Below are positions 16,598 to 27,144 of a DNA stretch of 63,275 nt, in pieces. Made by a program: the position numbers and the translations under genes. The DNA is from Candidatus Omnitrophota bacterium (GTDB lineage: Bacteria; Omnitrophota; Gorgyraeia; Velamenicoccales; Velamenicoccaceae), in NCBI GenBank assembly GCA_043802125.1, contig JAZDLG010000036.1:1-63275 (forward strand), written 5' to 3'. The notes beneath the pieces were generated by a model, which worked only from the letters and a program-made list of their open reading frames with translations, had not been told where the DNA came from and ran no database searches. Positions within the stretch are counted from its first letter, which is position 1, and the number at the start of each line of letters is the position of its first letter.

Positions 16598-19414
16598 TTA
16601 ACTCAGAATTTTTTTCAAATATCTCCCAGTATAAGACCTGGAATTTGCCGCTACCTCTTCAGGACTTCCGCAGGCGACCACTTCCCCGCCCTGATCTCCG
16701 CCCTCAGGGCCAAGGTCAATGCAGTAATCCGCACATTTTATCACATCCATGTTATGCTCCACAACTAAAACCGTATTACCCAGATCGACCAATCGTTGAA
16801 GTACGCTTACGAGCCTTTCTACATCAGCAAAATGAAGTCCGGTCGTAGGTTCATCAAGGATATACAACGTCGAACCCGTAGAACGTTTGCACAATTCACT
16901 GGCAAGCTTGACTCTTTGAGCTTCACCACCGGATAAAGTAGTCGCTGACTGGCCTAACTGGATATAACCCAAGCCCACATCATAGAGAGTCTGTAAGGTA
17001 TCCTTTATTTTCGGGATATTTTCATAAAGAGAAAGGGCTTCCTGGACAGACATACAAAGGACATCCGCGATAGACTTTCCTTTGTATCGGACCTCTAACG
17101 TGGCCTCGTTGAACCGCTCGCCGCCACAAACCTCGCATTTGATATAGACGTCAGGCAAAAAATGCATTTCTATCTTTTTGATGCCATCCCCGCCGCATGC
17201 CTCGCACCTGCCGCCTTTGACGTTAAAACTGAAGCGTCCGGGTTTATAGCCGCGGGAGCGCGCTTCAGGAAGCATAGAGAAGATATCTCGTATATGTGAA
17301 AAAACACCGGCATAAGTCGCCGGATTAGAGCGCGGCGTCCTGCCGATAGGAGATTGGTCAACTACAATGACTTTATCTATATGTTCAACTCCTGTTATCT
17401 CTTTGTAGGCGCCGTGCCTATCTTTTGAACGGTATAATTTGCGCGATAAAGCCCTGTATAATGTCTCATCTATCAAAGTAGACTTTCCTGAACCGGATAC
17501 ACCGCTGACACAGATCAATACACCTAATGGGAATTTGCAATTTATATTTTTTAGATTATGAGTGGTAGCGCCTTTGAGTTCTATATTTTTTTTAGAGCGA
17601 TAATCGCGCCGCTTTTCGGGTATTTTTATCTCCAGTTCGCCGTTCAAGAATTTAGCAGTAAGAGAATCTTTACTTTTAAGCAGATCCTTAAATGTACCGC
17701 TGAAAAGCACCTCCCCGCCGTATTTGCCAGCACCTGGCCCCAGATCAATGACGTGATCGGCATGGCGAATGGTAGCCTCATCGTGTTCTACGATCAAAAG
17801 CGTATTTCCAAGGTCACGCAAGGATTCTAGCGTAGCTAGAAGCTTGTTATTGTCTTTAGCGTGAAGCCCTATGCTTGGCTCATCCAATACATAACATACG
17901 CCCACGAGGCCTGACCCTACCTGAGTAGCCAAACGGATGCGCTGGAACTCACCCCCTGAGAGCGTCTGGCTCTTGCGGTCTAATGACAGATAACCTAGCC
18001 CCACGTTCTGGCAAAACTTCAATTTCTCTTTAACATCTTTTAAGGCCTGGGCCGCTATCAGCTTCTCGCTCTCGGTCAATGGCATATCAGTAAAAAAATC
18101 ATAGGCCTTTGAAATAGTCAGGCGCGTAACATTCCAGATAGACTTATCCTTAATAGTCACGGCCAAACTCTCTTTTTTAAGCCTGGAGCCGTCGCACTCA
18201 GGACACGGCATCTGAGACATAAATTTCGATATCTCCTCTTTTAAAAAGATACTGTCTGTCTGATCAAAAAGCCTTGTTAAATGGGGAACTAATCCTTCAA
18301 ACCTCCTGCCCCATATTTCCTCATCGCAGCCATACATAATTGCTCGCCTGTGTTCCTTCTTTAATTTTTTAAAGGGTGTTGCCAGATCAAAACTCAGGCG
18401 AGCCGACAATTCTCTAAGAAGGCTTCGGTAATAAAGAAGATACCCCTTACCGCCGCGCTTCCATGGTTCAAGCGCGCCCTCCAAAATGGATTTATTCTTG
18501 TCCGGTATAATAAGATCCAGGTCAAATTCCATCTTAAGGCCAAGGCCTTTGCACACAGGACAGGCGCCATAAGGAGAATTGAAAGAAAAGATCCTGGGTT
18601 CTATCTCCGGGATGTTGATGCCGCAATCCGGGCACGCGTATAATTCGCTAAATACCATTTCTGAGCCCTTATACCTACGCCCGGAAAGGCTAATGATCAC
18701 GACTCCTTTACCGAATTTTAAGGCCGTCTCCACAGAATCCGTGAAACGAGTTTTTATCTCCTCATCTACAATAAGCCTGTCTACAACCGCCTCAATATGG
18801 TGGACTTTATACCGGTCCAGGCTGAATTCTTCGCTTAACTCATATATCTTTCCATCTATGCGCGCCCTGACAAAACCTTCTTTTTGCATCTGCCCTAAGA
18901 TCTTCCTGTATTCACCTTTTCGGCCCTGGACCAAGGGTGCCAAGACTTCTATTTTTGAGCCCTTCATTAACCTCAAGACAATTTCAACGATCTCCTGGGC
19001 GCTCTGCCGCTCAACCTTGCGTCCGCACTTAGGGCAGTGCGGGATGCCGATGCGCGCGAACAAGAGCCTTAGATAATCATATATCTCTGTCTGAGTACCT
19101 ACGGTGGACCGCGGATTTCCGCCGGCCGTCCTCTGCTCAATGGAAATGGTCGGTGACAGGCCTTCAATAAAATCCACGTCGGGCTTCTGAAGCTGTTCAA
19201 GAAATTGCCTGGCATAGCTGGATAAGCTCTCTACATACCTACGCTGTCCTTCTGCGTATATCGTGTCAAAAGCAAGCGACGACTTACCCGACCCTGAAAG
19301 GCCGGTGATAACGACCATCTTATTACGCGGTATCTCAAGAGATATGTTCTTTAGGTTATGCTCGCGGGCGCCTTTTATGATCAAAGAAGAATGGCTCATG
19401 TTTTTATCTACCAT
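16598..19414 (-). CDS. uvrA: excinuclease ABC subunit A
   Basis: Two ABC ATPase modules ([20 protein letters not shown]), zinc-finger Cys clusters and a full length of 938 aa. The alternative start is MSHSS at 19399. Confidence 0.97.
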   Translation of the reverse strand: MVDKNMSHSSLIIKGAREHNLKNISLEIPRNKMVVITGLSGSGKSSLAFDTIYAEGQRRYVESLSSYARQFLEQLQKPDVDFIEGLSPTISIEQRTAGGNPRSTVGTQTEIYDYLRLLFARIGIPHCPKCGRKVERQSAQEIVEIVLRLMKGSKIEVLAPLVQGRKGEYRKILGQMQKEGFVRARIDGKIYELSEEFSLDRYKVHHIEAVVDRLIVDEEIKTRFTDSVETALKFGKGVVIISLSGRRYKGSEMVFSELYACPDCGINIPEIEPRIFSFNSPYGACPVCKGLGLKMEFDLDLIIPDKNKSILEGALEPWKRGGKGYLLYYRSLLRELSARLSFDLATPFKKLKKEHRRAIMYGCDEEIWGRRFEGLVPHLTRLFDQTDSIFLKEEISKFMSQMPCPECDGSRLKKESLAVTIKDKSIWNVTRLTISKAYDFFTDMPLTESEKLIAAQALKDVKEKLKFCQNVGLGYLSLDRKSQTLSGGEFQRIRLATQVGSGLVGVCYVLDEPSIGLHAKDNNKLLATLESLRDLGNTLLIVEHDEATIRHADHVIDLGPGAGKYGGEVLFSGTFKDLLKSKDSLTAKFLNGELEIKIPEKRRDYRSKKNIELKGATTHNLKNINCKFPLGVLICVSGVSGSGKSTLIDETLYRALSRKLYRSKDRHGAYKEITGVEHIDKVIVVDQSPIGRTPRSNPATYAGVFSHIRDIFSMLPEARSRGYKPGRFSFNVKGGRCEACGGDGIKKIEMHFLPDVYIKCEVCGGERFNEATLEVRYKGKSIADVLCMSVQEALSLYENIPKIKDTLQTLYDVGLGYIQLGQSATTLSGGEAQRVKLASELCKRSTGSTLYILDEPTTGLHFADVERLVSVLQRLVDLGNTVLVVEHNMDVIKCADYCIDLGPEGGDQGGEVVACGSPEEVAANSRSYTGRYLKKILS

Positions 19415-20808
19415 TTGGCTTTCAGGAAATAACTTATATCGTAGAGAATATCATTCATGCGCAAGCTCCTCCAAAAACGCCGCGCGAAATAACTCGGCCT
19501 CAGGTAAAACTCACGGAATGCCCTTTTATAGCAAGACTCTATCTTATCCCAGGAAAGATTGGGATGATCAAACAAAGGCGACTCTGTTTGATGACAGATG
19601 TATTTTGACCAATCATAACTCTTGATGCGGCCCTGCTCTTTGAGCTCATTATAGTAGCGTGTGCCCGGGTAAGGGATGCATATGTCAAATTTTGCAGTAT
19701 CCAAAGGCAGCCTCTTAGCAAAAGCAATGGTGCGCTCCATAGACTTTTCTGTTTCACCAGCCAAGGCAAAAATAAAAAAACCGAATGTGTCCAGGCCAGC
19801 CTTTTTTGCGAGGCGGACCGCATTCTCCGTCTCCTCAAGCGTGATCTTCTTATTGATCCTGTTAAGGACGTCCTGATCACCGGTCTCTATCCCAAATCCA
19901 ACCTGCCAGCATCCTGCCTTCTTAGCTAGAGAAAGGAATTCAAGATCGACCATATTAACACGAATGCCGCTTATTAAGGCCCACGGAAACTTAAGGCCCC
20001 GTTTTAAGATCTCCCTACAGACCTCCTTGGCTCTTTGAATATCCTGCGTAAAGCTGTCATCAGCCACATGGATCTCTTTAAAACCACAGTCGAGCATATA
20101 CGCCATTTCATCTACGACCCTTTTGGGAGACTTAGCCCTGGGCTTACTCCCAAAGATCAGCTTACTACAAAAATTACATTGTGCCAAGCACCCGCGGCTT
20201 GTCTCAATATGGCCTACCGGATTCCGGCGTGAAGATAATCTCGAATTTTTATACTGCGTGATATCAAATAAAGACCAGGCAGGATAAGGCAAAACGTCCA
20301 GATCTTGTATGAGACCACGATGAGCTGTGCGCACAATACCTTCGGCTTGCCTATTTCTAATGATAATGCCTGGAACGTTTTTTAGATCACTGGCTGATAA
20401 AATCTCACGAAGAGCCGTATCACCCTCTCCGACAGCTATGATATCAAAACACGGCGCTGCAATTGCCTCATCCTGACAAGCGGTCACATGGACACCACCA
20501 ACGATCGTCAGGACCTTGGGATATTTTTCTTTGACGGCCGCCATAAGATCGCGCACAGTGAAGTAATCGTGCGTTTTGGCTGATGCCGCGACAACATCTG
20601 CGTGGAAATCTTCAACAGCATTTAACAATTCCCGAGAAGAGGTATTCACAACATCCAGATCTACGATCTTAACCTCGTGCTCAGGGACCAGGTGGCTTGC
20701 CAGCGTAGCGAGGGTCAAGCTTGGATAACTTGGCGCCCCAACGCTCACATTAGTATTTAAATAAACGTTTTCCCTTGATGGAGGGTTAAAAAACAATACC
20801 TTGGCCAT
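19408..20808 (-). CDS. B12-binding-domain radical SAM protein (class B)
   Basis: N-terminal Rossmann-like B12-binding region followed by [14 protein letters not shown] (CxxxCxxC). It overlaps the uvrA start. Confidence 0.85.
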   Translation of the reverse strand: MAKVLFFNPPSRENVYLNTNVSVGAPSYPSLTLATLASHLVPEHEVKIVDLDVVNTSSRELLNAVEDFHADVVAASAKTHDYFTVRDLMAAVKEKYPKVLTIVGGVHVTACQDEAIAAPCFDIIAVGEGDTALREILSASDLKNVPGIIIRNRQAEGIVRTAHRGLIQDLDVLPYPAWSLFDITQYKNSRLSSRRNPVGHIETSRGCLAQCNFCSKLIFGSKPRAKSPKRVVDEMAYMLDCGFKEIHVADDSFTQDIQRAKEVCREILKRGLKFPWALISGIRVNMVDLEFLSLAKKAGCWQVGFGIETGDQDVLNRINKKITLEETENAVRLAKKAGLDTFGFFIFALAGETEKSMERTIAFAKRLPLDTAKFDICIPYPGTRYYNELKEQGRIKSYDWSKYICHQTESPLFDHPNLSWDKIESCYKRAFREFYLRPSYFARRFWRSLRMNDILYDISYFLKAKW

Positions 20809-21720
20809 TTACAATCCTTTTTCGGATACGATCAGAAGGACTTCTCCCCTTTTTGAAAAGAAAAATAGGATATTGATCAAAAAACAAACGGGGAAAAGAA
20901 GCATAAAGAGAACTATGTGCAATAACAGCGAGGGCCTGGATCTTCCTGTCTGAAGCCATTCAAATAACAAATGATCTGTATGCGTAAGCCGACTGACAAT
21001 GCTGGATGTTGATATAAATATAGAATATTCCAGAGAGAATGTATGGACGGTTTTTATCTTAAAACCGTACTTTTTTAACAAGGATATCAACGTGGCGGGT
21101 GAAAAAAAATAAAGATGATATTTAAGATCCAGCCCCATCCAATAAGAGCCCGTCCAACGCGCTGTCCACGAATCAAGGTTAGGCACTTCTATAACAAGCC
21201 TGCCCTGGCTATTAAGATATCGGGAGATCTTTTCGATATAACGTTCCGGTTCAGCCACGTGTTCCAAAACATGCCACATCGAAATTATATCAAATTTCCG
21301 ACCGTCAAAATCAAGGCCAAGAAAATCCTGGCCATAGACTTCAAGGCCCAGTTTGTTCTTTGAAAAATCTAAAGCCGGCTTGGATGGCTGGATACCGACA
21401 ACAGTATTGTAGCCATAAAATTTTTTTAGATAATAAAGCATAAAACCGCGGCCGGAGCCTATGTCTAAAATACTCTTAGCTGCTGGAAATATGGAAAAGA
21501 TCTTTAATGCCCTGAAGAAACGAAACATCCGAATGACATATTCTACGCCAAAGTTAAATCGCCCTCCGGTCTCATTCTTATAGTATTGCTCGTAGAGGGC
21601 TGCAGGTTCGTGCGCCTTGGCTTTGGTATCTACGAAAACCAAACCGCAGCCGCTGCATCTAGAGAGCGCAACTGAACCAAACGTTGAATACTCCTCGCGG
21701 CTCTTATGTTCGCAGATCAT
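20809..21720 (-). CDS. class I SAM-dependent methyltransferase with N-terminal zinc ribbon and C-terminal TM
   Basis: CSGCGLVF, the SAM motif ILDIGSGRGF, and ISMWHVLEHV. Confidence 0.75.
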   Translation of the reverse strand: MICEHKSREEYSTFGSVALSRCSGCGLVFVDTKAKAHEPAALYEQYYKNETGGRFNFGVEYVIRMFRFFRALKIFSIFPAAKSILDIGSGRGFMLYYLKKFYGYNTVVGIQPSKPALDFSKNKLGLEVYGQDFLGLDFDGRKFDIISMWHVLEHVAEPERYIEKISRYLNSQGRLVIEVPNLDSWTARWTGSYWMGLDLKYHLYFFSPATLISLLKKYGFKIKTVHTFSLEYSIFISTSSIVSRLTHTDHLLFEWLQTGRSRPSLLLHIVLFMLLFPVCFLINILFFFSKRGEVLLIVSEKGL

Positions 21721-22351
21721 TGGCGGGCTTTTTTTTACCTATATAAAAAAGTTCCATCTTAAGGATGCGTTTTTCAAAAAATTCCTCTTCAAAAAAGCCC
21801 TCACAATGCCGGCGCAGAAGTTTCTGCGTATAGCGCGTGGGGTGCACATCTTTCAAATAAGATTTACAGTTTCCCCCGAAGAACCTGTGCCATGTGTTTT
21901 CAAGGATGACCCACAATGGATTAGCATAATTCACAGTGCAAATGAGGATCTTGCCTTGGGGCTTTAATACCCTATGCAACTCACAAAGCACGCGCACTGG
22001 ATCCGTAAAATGTTCGATTGCGTCAAGAAAAAATATGAGCTCAAATTCATTGTCGCCAAAAGGTATATCGTAAAGGCTTGCGTGGACATAGCGGCCCTTA
22101 AAGTGCTGCGTGCAATATCGGATCGCGGATAATTGTTCATCGACACCTGTTACTTCATGGGCCTGACAATACGGAGCGCTGATCTGGCCTATGCCGCATG
22201 CCGCGTCAAGGACTTTCACCCCTGGTTTAGCCTCATCGAACATTTTTCTTACCATTTGATGCTTTGCGCGATGGTAGACCGACTGAGGAAACCTATCTGT
22301 CCTTTTTAAATACTCAAAATAATATTTATTTTCATCAACAGTCGGACTCAT
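21704..22351 (-). CDS. class I SAM-dependent methyltransferase
   Basis: VLDAACGIGQ motif I and LIFFLDAIEHFTDP. Confidence 0.75.
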   Translation of the reverse strand: MSPTVDENKYYFEYLKRTDRFPQSVYHRAKHQMVRKMFDEAKPGVKVLDAACGIGQISAPYCQAHEVTGVDEQLSAIRYCTQHFKGRYVHASLYDIPFGDNEFELIFFLDAIEHFTDPVRVLCELHRVLKPQGKILICTVNYANPLWVILENTWHRFFGGNCKSYLKDVHPTRYTQKLLRRHCEGFFEEEFFEKRILKMELFYIGKKKPANDLRT

Positions 22352-22373
22352 CTATTCCTTTCATAAAAATATA

Positions 22374-24059
22374 TTAAGAAAACTGTTTAATACGCCACGC
22401 ACCGCAATGGTGAAGGCAATACTTGGCCAAAGTCATAAGGATACCGAAGCCATAACAAACTGACGGCCAAAATTTGATCATAGAGGCCTCGTCGAAATAA
22501 CGAGTGCGTATTGGCACTTCTTCGATTCGCATATTTTTGAGCAACCCTTGTACAATGATCTCCGTATCAAAAATAAATCCGTCGGAATCCAACATAAAAC
22601 TCACGCTCTTAAGATACTTAGCGCTGTATGCGCGAAAACCCGAATGGTATTCAGTCAAATATGTACCCAGGACCACATTCTCTAAAGCCGTTAGAAGAAT
22701 ATTCGCATTATGCTTCCAGACAGGCATACCACCCTCTAGCGCTCCCCGCTTCATCATCCGCGAGCCGAAAACAGCATCCGCCTGACCCTTAAGGATCGGC
22801 TCTATAAGTTCGGGTATAACGCGAGGGTCATACTGATAATCCGGATGCACCATGACCGCGATATCCGCGCCCGACTCCAATGCCTTTTTATAACATGTCT
22901 TCTGATTAGCTCCATATCCTCTGTTTTTTTCATGGACATAAACTTTGAGCCCTAGTTTATGCGCCGCCTCTACAGTATCATCGCTGCTATGGTCATCGAC
23001 CAGAATGATCTCATCTATGGCATTTTTAGGGATATCAGCGACTGTACGGCCCAAAGTCCTGGCTGCGTTATAAGCCGGTAACACAACGACAACTTTCATC
23101 CTCTTTTTTTCAACAGCGACATCCGGGTGCTCCATTTCCTCCAGGTACTCCAACTTTCGGCTTTTCCTGGCAAACACCTCGACCCTGTCCCAAAGATTGA
23201 CCCTGAGTATCATAAGAGCGATATTCGTCCTTTTTAGAAAAGAAAATACCTTGTACAGGCCTCTGTTATAAAACTCTATCTTCTCCAACCAGTATTTTAC
23301 GGAATAGGCGCGCACATACGGCCTTGAGGCCATATGGACAAATCCCGTTGCGTCCAACATTTTCGATAATGTCCTGGGAGTAAAATAAAAAATGTGCGCA
23401 TGCTTTATGCCCCACCATCGCGCCTTTAGCAATCTGCTTATCGTAGAGTCGATATTGGGCGTGTTAAGATACAATACCCCGGAAGGTTTCAAAATGCGCC
23501 TGATCTCAATAAGCGCTTTTTTGGGGTCTTCAAGATGATCCAGTATGTCTTTCAGCATTATAAAATCAAAATGCTTCGCTGGAAAAATTGAAGGTTCGAA
23601 CTGCCCCTCGATCAAATTCTCAAGGCCAAATTTATCTTTAGCAAAAGCTACGGCCGGCTTTGAAAATTCTACACCGTGGACCTCCCATCCGGACTTCTTT
23701 GCCTCATCCATGAAAAAACCTACGCCGAATCCTATGGCAAGCAACTTTTCCTGCGCCTTCTTGAACTTCTTAAGTTTTTTCAAAATAGCTTTTGCCCCAA
23801 GCCTCGCGCCTCGCTCTTCTTCCAGATAACTTCCGCTCTCTAAAGTCACGTCATCCGAAACAAGACGATCAAAAGGCGGCATGGGATTAGTATAGACAAG
23901 ACCGCACTTGCGGCATCGCACGATACGGACAGGTATGCTGATCGATCGATCTTTCATCTTCATGGAATCCGCCCCGACAGACATATCGCCTGAGTAGGTT
24001 TTAAATAAAACCTCGTAATTATCGGCGCCACAAAGATTGCAGTTAACTTTTTTTAGCAT
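22374..24059 (-). CDS. methyltransferase / family-2 glycosyltransferase fusion (polyprenol-phosphate glycosyltransferase-like C-terminal half)
   Basis: The N-terminal half has a Zn ribbon (CNLCG...CRKCG) and a SAM-MT fold. The C-terminal half is VVVLPAYNAARTL...ILVDDHSSDDT...NRGYGANQ (GT2, DPM1/GtrB/ArnC-like) with a C-terminal TM. Confidence 0.8.
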   Translation of the reverse strand: MLKKVNCNLCGADNYEVLFKTYSGDMSVGADSMKMKDRSISIPVRIVRCRKCGLVYTNPMPPFDRLVSDDVTLESGSYLEEERGARLGAKAILKKLKKFKKAQEKLLAIGFGVGFFMDEAKKSGWEVHGVEFSKPAVAFAKDKFGLENLIEGQFEPSIFPAKHFDFIMLKDILDHLEDPKKALIEIRRILKPSGVLYLNTPNIDSTISRLLKARWWGIKHAHIFYFTPRTLSKMLDATGFVHMASRPYVRAYSVKYWLEKIEFYNRGLYKVFSFLKRTNIALMILRVNLWDRVEVFARKSRKLEYLEEMEHPDVAVEKKRMKVVVVLPAYNAARTLGRTVADIPKNAIDEIILVDDHSSDDTVEAAHKLGLKVYVHEKNRGYGANQKTCYKKALESGADIAVMVHPDYQYDPRVIPELIEPILKGQADAVFGSRMMKRGALEGGMPVWKHNANILLTALENVVLGTYLTEYHSGFRAYSAKYLKSVSFMLDSDGFIFDTEIIVQGLLKNMRIEEVPIRTRYFDEASMIKFWPSVCYGFGILMTLAKYCLHHCGAWRIKQFS

Positions 24060-25962
24060 TGATCACAAGCTCTCTTAAAAAGATCCTTCCCAGAGGGTCC
24101 TGGGAATTGGCAAAATACAATAGCCTGGTCCTAAAATCAAAAAAACCCATCTCCAAACTATAGCGGCCAGGAGCTAGATGAGACGGGATCGTCAAATAAG
24201 CCTCCTCAGCTATCCATTGTCCGGATCTCCAGGCATTTGTGGGATAAATGCGGTAACAAATGGGCCATAAAGCCCGGTAAACGTCTTTGCCGTTCTCATC
24301 GATAAAATCAATAAAGACGATGAAATCACTCTGCGTCTCTTTCAATGATCTCCAATAAAACGTTAAATGCATGGACTGCGCGTCAATTTCTTTGTCATCA
24401 AAACCCAAAAATTCAATTTGCTGGTCTATAGCGACAGGTATATTGTGTTCCGGGTTAGGCTCTAAAGAAAGAACGCTATACAGTGTCATTTTATCCTGCG
24501 CATCCTTACGAAATAAGACTATGGAATCCTTTGCGTCCGCGACACCCCACTTCCCACGGCTAAGCAACTCCTGAGTATTCTTATACCCCTGTGGCGAGTA
24601 AAAACTATTGAATGTCAAATTATCATTAAAATCCAACAATGCATAACGGACCGTATCGGGAACACGATAGGGACGGCTGGATAAAGTGTAATGCCCCATA
24701 TAATGATGATGAAAAGAATAAAGCTCGCGCCTATTGGCCATACGTGGAAGGAACTCAAAGGTAGCCATTATCGGCGCATCAAAAGGCACCTTTTTTAAAA
24801 ATGCCTCCTTCTGATGATCACTATCGTCCTTTATGTAATCACGCGTCGCCATCCCGAGTAATTTAAAATGAGGCCCAAACGAAAAAGTGGACACTATAGA
24901 AACAAAAAACAAAAAAATCCCAAAAAACAAACGATATTGAGCGATCTTTTTAAATCTCAGGAGGCTCTTTATTCCAAAAACAAAAGCTACAAAAATAAAC
25001 GCAATGAGCTCTGATGAATAGTGATAATAGATCATTACCTGGGTTATGCGGCTAGATAGAAGGTGCTGTGCGAACAGAGGGAACGCGGCCAATAGCCATA
25101 AGGGTGAAAAAAGAGAGATAAAAGAAAGCGGCGAGAAAAGCTGGAACAAATAAACACATTTTTGCGGGGCCAGCATGATCTTCATGATTTGCAGAGGATG
25201 CGTAAATATATTTGCTGCTATCTGAAAAGTGGAATTCCCCAACTGGTTATAAAGATAGATAAATTGGACCGTGTCCTCGTTAAAATAAGGCATGATGATC
25301 TTAACGCATATGAGAAAATATACTCCCGCCGAAATGACAGGCACAAACACCCACTTTAAGCCACGGCGCTTGTAAGCGGCATAAAATCCCATACCTAAAG
25401 CAACCAAGGCAATATTCTCCTGACAAAAAACAGCAAGAAAAAGAAAGAGCATGAACAACGCGAATCTTTTATTATGGAAAAAATAAAACATGCTAAACAT
25501 AAAAAATGGCAAAAAAGCCGTTGAATGAAGTTCGAATAGATTAATATAGCCCACGGCAGGATAAATGAGATACATAGAAGAAACAAGCAGCCCCCATTTA
25601 TGGCCCAGGGCCTGTTTAGCCAACAGATATAGCGGACAAGCGGCTACTCCCAAAGCCAGGCTTTGGAGGATCAACAACGTCATGGGATGGGGTAACACAA
25701 AATAAATAGGCGCGATGATAAACCAGATAAGCTGCACATGGACTCCTAGAAAAACCATCCCTAAAATAGAACTATATAGGGATCCATGGCAGATATTCCA
25801 GACGATCTGGCTAAAATAGGCAAGATCATAATCAGTATAAGAAAAGGAATAAAATTTCAAAAAAGAGATGACAGAAAAACAACTTACATAGATGCCGATA
25901 AAGGCCCACAAGAGCACGCTCGTTATTTTCTGGGTCAGATATTTTTCAAGAAATATTTTCAT
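24043..25962 (-). CDS. polytopic membrane protein, DUF2079-like (GT-C-type candidate)
   Basis: Roughly 12 TM helices. An N-terminal loop YTDYDLAYFSQIVWN resembles the DUF2079 signature. There is a large C-terminal extracytoplasmic domain. The ATG at 25962 is preferred over the GTG at 25971. Confidence 0.6.
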   Translation of the reverse strand: MKIFLEKYLTQKITSVLLWAFIGIYVSCFSVISFLKFYSFSYTDYDLAYFSQIVWNICHGSLYSSILGMVFLGVHVQLIWFIIAPIYFVLPHPMTLLILQSLALGVAACPLYLLAKQALGHKWGLLVSSMYLIYPAVGYINLFELHSTAFLPFFMFSMFYFFHNKRFALFMLFLFLAVFCQENIALVALGMGFYAAYKRRGLKWVFVPVISAGVYFLICVKIIMPYFNEDTVQFIYLYNQLGNSTFQIAANIFTHPLQIMKIMLAPQKCVYLFQLFSPLSFISLFSPLWLLAAFPLFAQHLLSSRITQVMIYYHYSSELIAFIFVAFVFGIKSLLRFKKIAQYRLFFGIFLFFVSIVSTFSFGPHFKLLGMATRDYIKDDSDHQKEAFLKKVPFDAPIMATFEFLPRMANRRELYSFHHHYMGHYTLSSRPYRVPDTVRYALLDFNDNLTFNSFYSPQGYKNTQELLSRGKWGVADAKDSIVLFRKDAQDKMTLYSVLSLEPNPEHNIPVAIDQQIEFLGFDDKEIDAQSMHLTFYWRSLKETQSDFIVFIDFIDENGKDVYRALWPICYRIYPTNAWRSGQWIAEEAYLTIPSHLAPGRYSLEMGFFDFRTRLLYFANSQDPLGRIFLRELVINAKKS

Positions 25963-25974
25963 CACTAGCACGTT

Positions 25975-26032
25975 TAATTTTTAAACCCCCGCTGCTTTGC
26001 TTAGCTATCTCTAGCAAACGAAACAGCGGGGG
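25975..26032 (-). terminator. rho-independent terminator after the small basic protein gene
   Basis: Minus strand: CCCCCGCTG...CAGCGGGGG, a long stem extended by TTTGCT/AGCAAA, followed by TTTAAAAATT. Confidence 0.6.
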
Positions 26033-26046
26033 CTTTATTAACACTT

Positions 26047-26292
26047 TTACTTTTTACCTTTTTTCTTCTTTCCGCCTCTGACCAGCTTCGCGCAGGAAAT
26101 ATCACCCTGCTTATCAAGAAAATAGAGGTAACCATCTTTCTTGGTTATGCCGACCTTGGCGACCTTCTTAGGCTTGCCGCCCTTCTTCTTGCCTCTCGCC
26201 ATAACTGCGCAAGAGACATCGCCGTGCTTATCAATGAAGTAAAGAAATCCTTTCTGCCTCTTCACTCCTACTTTAGCAACTTTCTGAGCCAT
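26047..26292 (-). CDS. small, highly basic protein made of two ~40-aa tandem repeats
   Basis: KVAKVGVKRQKGFLYFIDKHGDVSCAVMARGKKKGGKPK and KVAKVGITKKDGYLYFLDKQGDISCAKLVRGGKKKKGKK. It has an SD GGGGGGTGA and its own terminator. Confidence 0.6.
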   Translation of the reverse strand: MAQKVAKVGVKRQKGFLYFIDKHGDVSCAVMARGKKKGGKPKKVAKVGITKKDGYLYFLDKQGDISCAKLVRGGKKKKGKK

Positions 26293-26334
26293 CTAAAATC
26301 ACCCCCCTTCGTTTATAAATTATGACAACTTTCG

Positions 26335-27144
26335 TTAAGAACCGATGTTGACAACATCCGAGATGCCGGAAATAACTGAAAAAGCCGATAAGACAGCCAG
26401 ATAACTCGTCTTTGGATTATCCGGGCTGGGGACATTTTCGCACCTGATCAAAAGACGCGCTGCCTTTGATCTTATCTCAATAACATGGATATTCCTCTTT
26501 GATCCGGGTGACGCAATGATCTCCACCCTGGGAACACACAAACCGCAAGCAGCGATGCTTAAAAGAGCCACGACATTGATATTCTGAGGAAATGCCTTAA
26601 CAGCCTCTAAAGCCACGCCTCTAAAGATAATCTTGTCCTCTTTGATCCGGCTCAGATCTATCTTATTTTTAACAATATAATCCGCACCCTCCAAAGCCCG
26701 GGGAGGTTTCATGGTCCTTAAAGTGATCCCCTCTATGCCGGCAGGGATAAGCGCTTTCAACCCGTCCAAACCACATATAGCGCCGCTCGGAAAATATATC
26801 CTGGCCTTATTCTTTCTCGCTATGTCAAAAAGCTTTTTCTCGCGGCCTAAGACGCCTCCTATGCTCATGAGCAATACATCCTTGCGGCAAAGAAGCGCCT
26901 GTTTTGCTATTTCAAAAGAGGCTTTTGCCGAAGCAGCCTCTACCAGAAGATCGCATGCCTTAACCGCTTGTTGCAGAGAACAAACCGATCCGCGCCTAAG
27001 TTTCTTTTTTAATGCCCGGGCCTTTGCCTCATCAACGTCACACAAAGAAACGACTTTTGCGCTGATCAGTCTTTTATCAATCAATACTGCAAGACTCGTC
27101 CCTATCGCTCCGCAACCTACAATTCCTATCTTTAGCTTTTTCAT
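26335..27144 (-). CDS. nadX: L-aspartate dehydrogenase
   Basis: GIVGCGAIG, FPSGAICGLDGL, FPQNINV, NIHVIEI and ENVPSPDNPKTS match the Thermotoga NadX pattern as I remember it. Confidence 0.8.
   Translation of the reverse strand: MKKLKIGIVGCGAIGTSLAVLIDKRLISAKVVSLCDVDEAKARALKKKLRRGSVCSLQQAVKACDLLVEAASAKASFEIAKQALLCRKDVLLMSIGGVLGREKKLFDIARKNKARIYFPSGAICGLDGLKALIPAGIEGITLRTMKPPRALEGADYIVKNKIDLSRIKEDKIIFRGVALEAVKAFPQNINVVALLSIAACGLCVPRVEIIASPGSKRNIHVIEIRSKAARLLIRCENVPSPDNPKTSYLAVLSAFSVISGISDVVNIGS

Noticed and set aside
19399-19440. LexA/SOS box upstream of uvrA.
   Set aside because: uvrA overlaps the preceding radical SAM gene and has no intergenic region of its own. No CTGT-N8-ACAG-like or other palindrome was seen.
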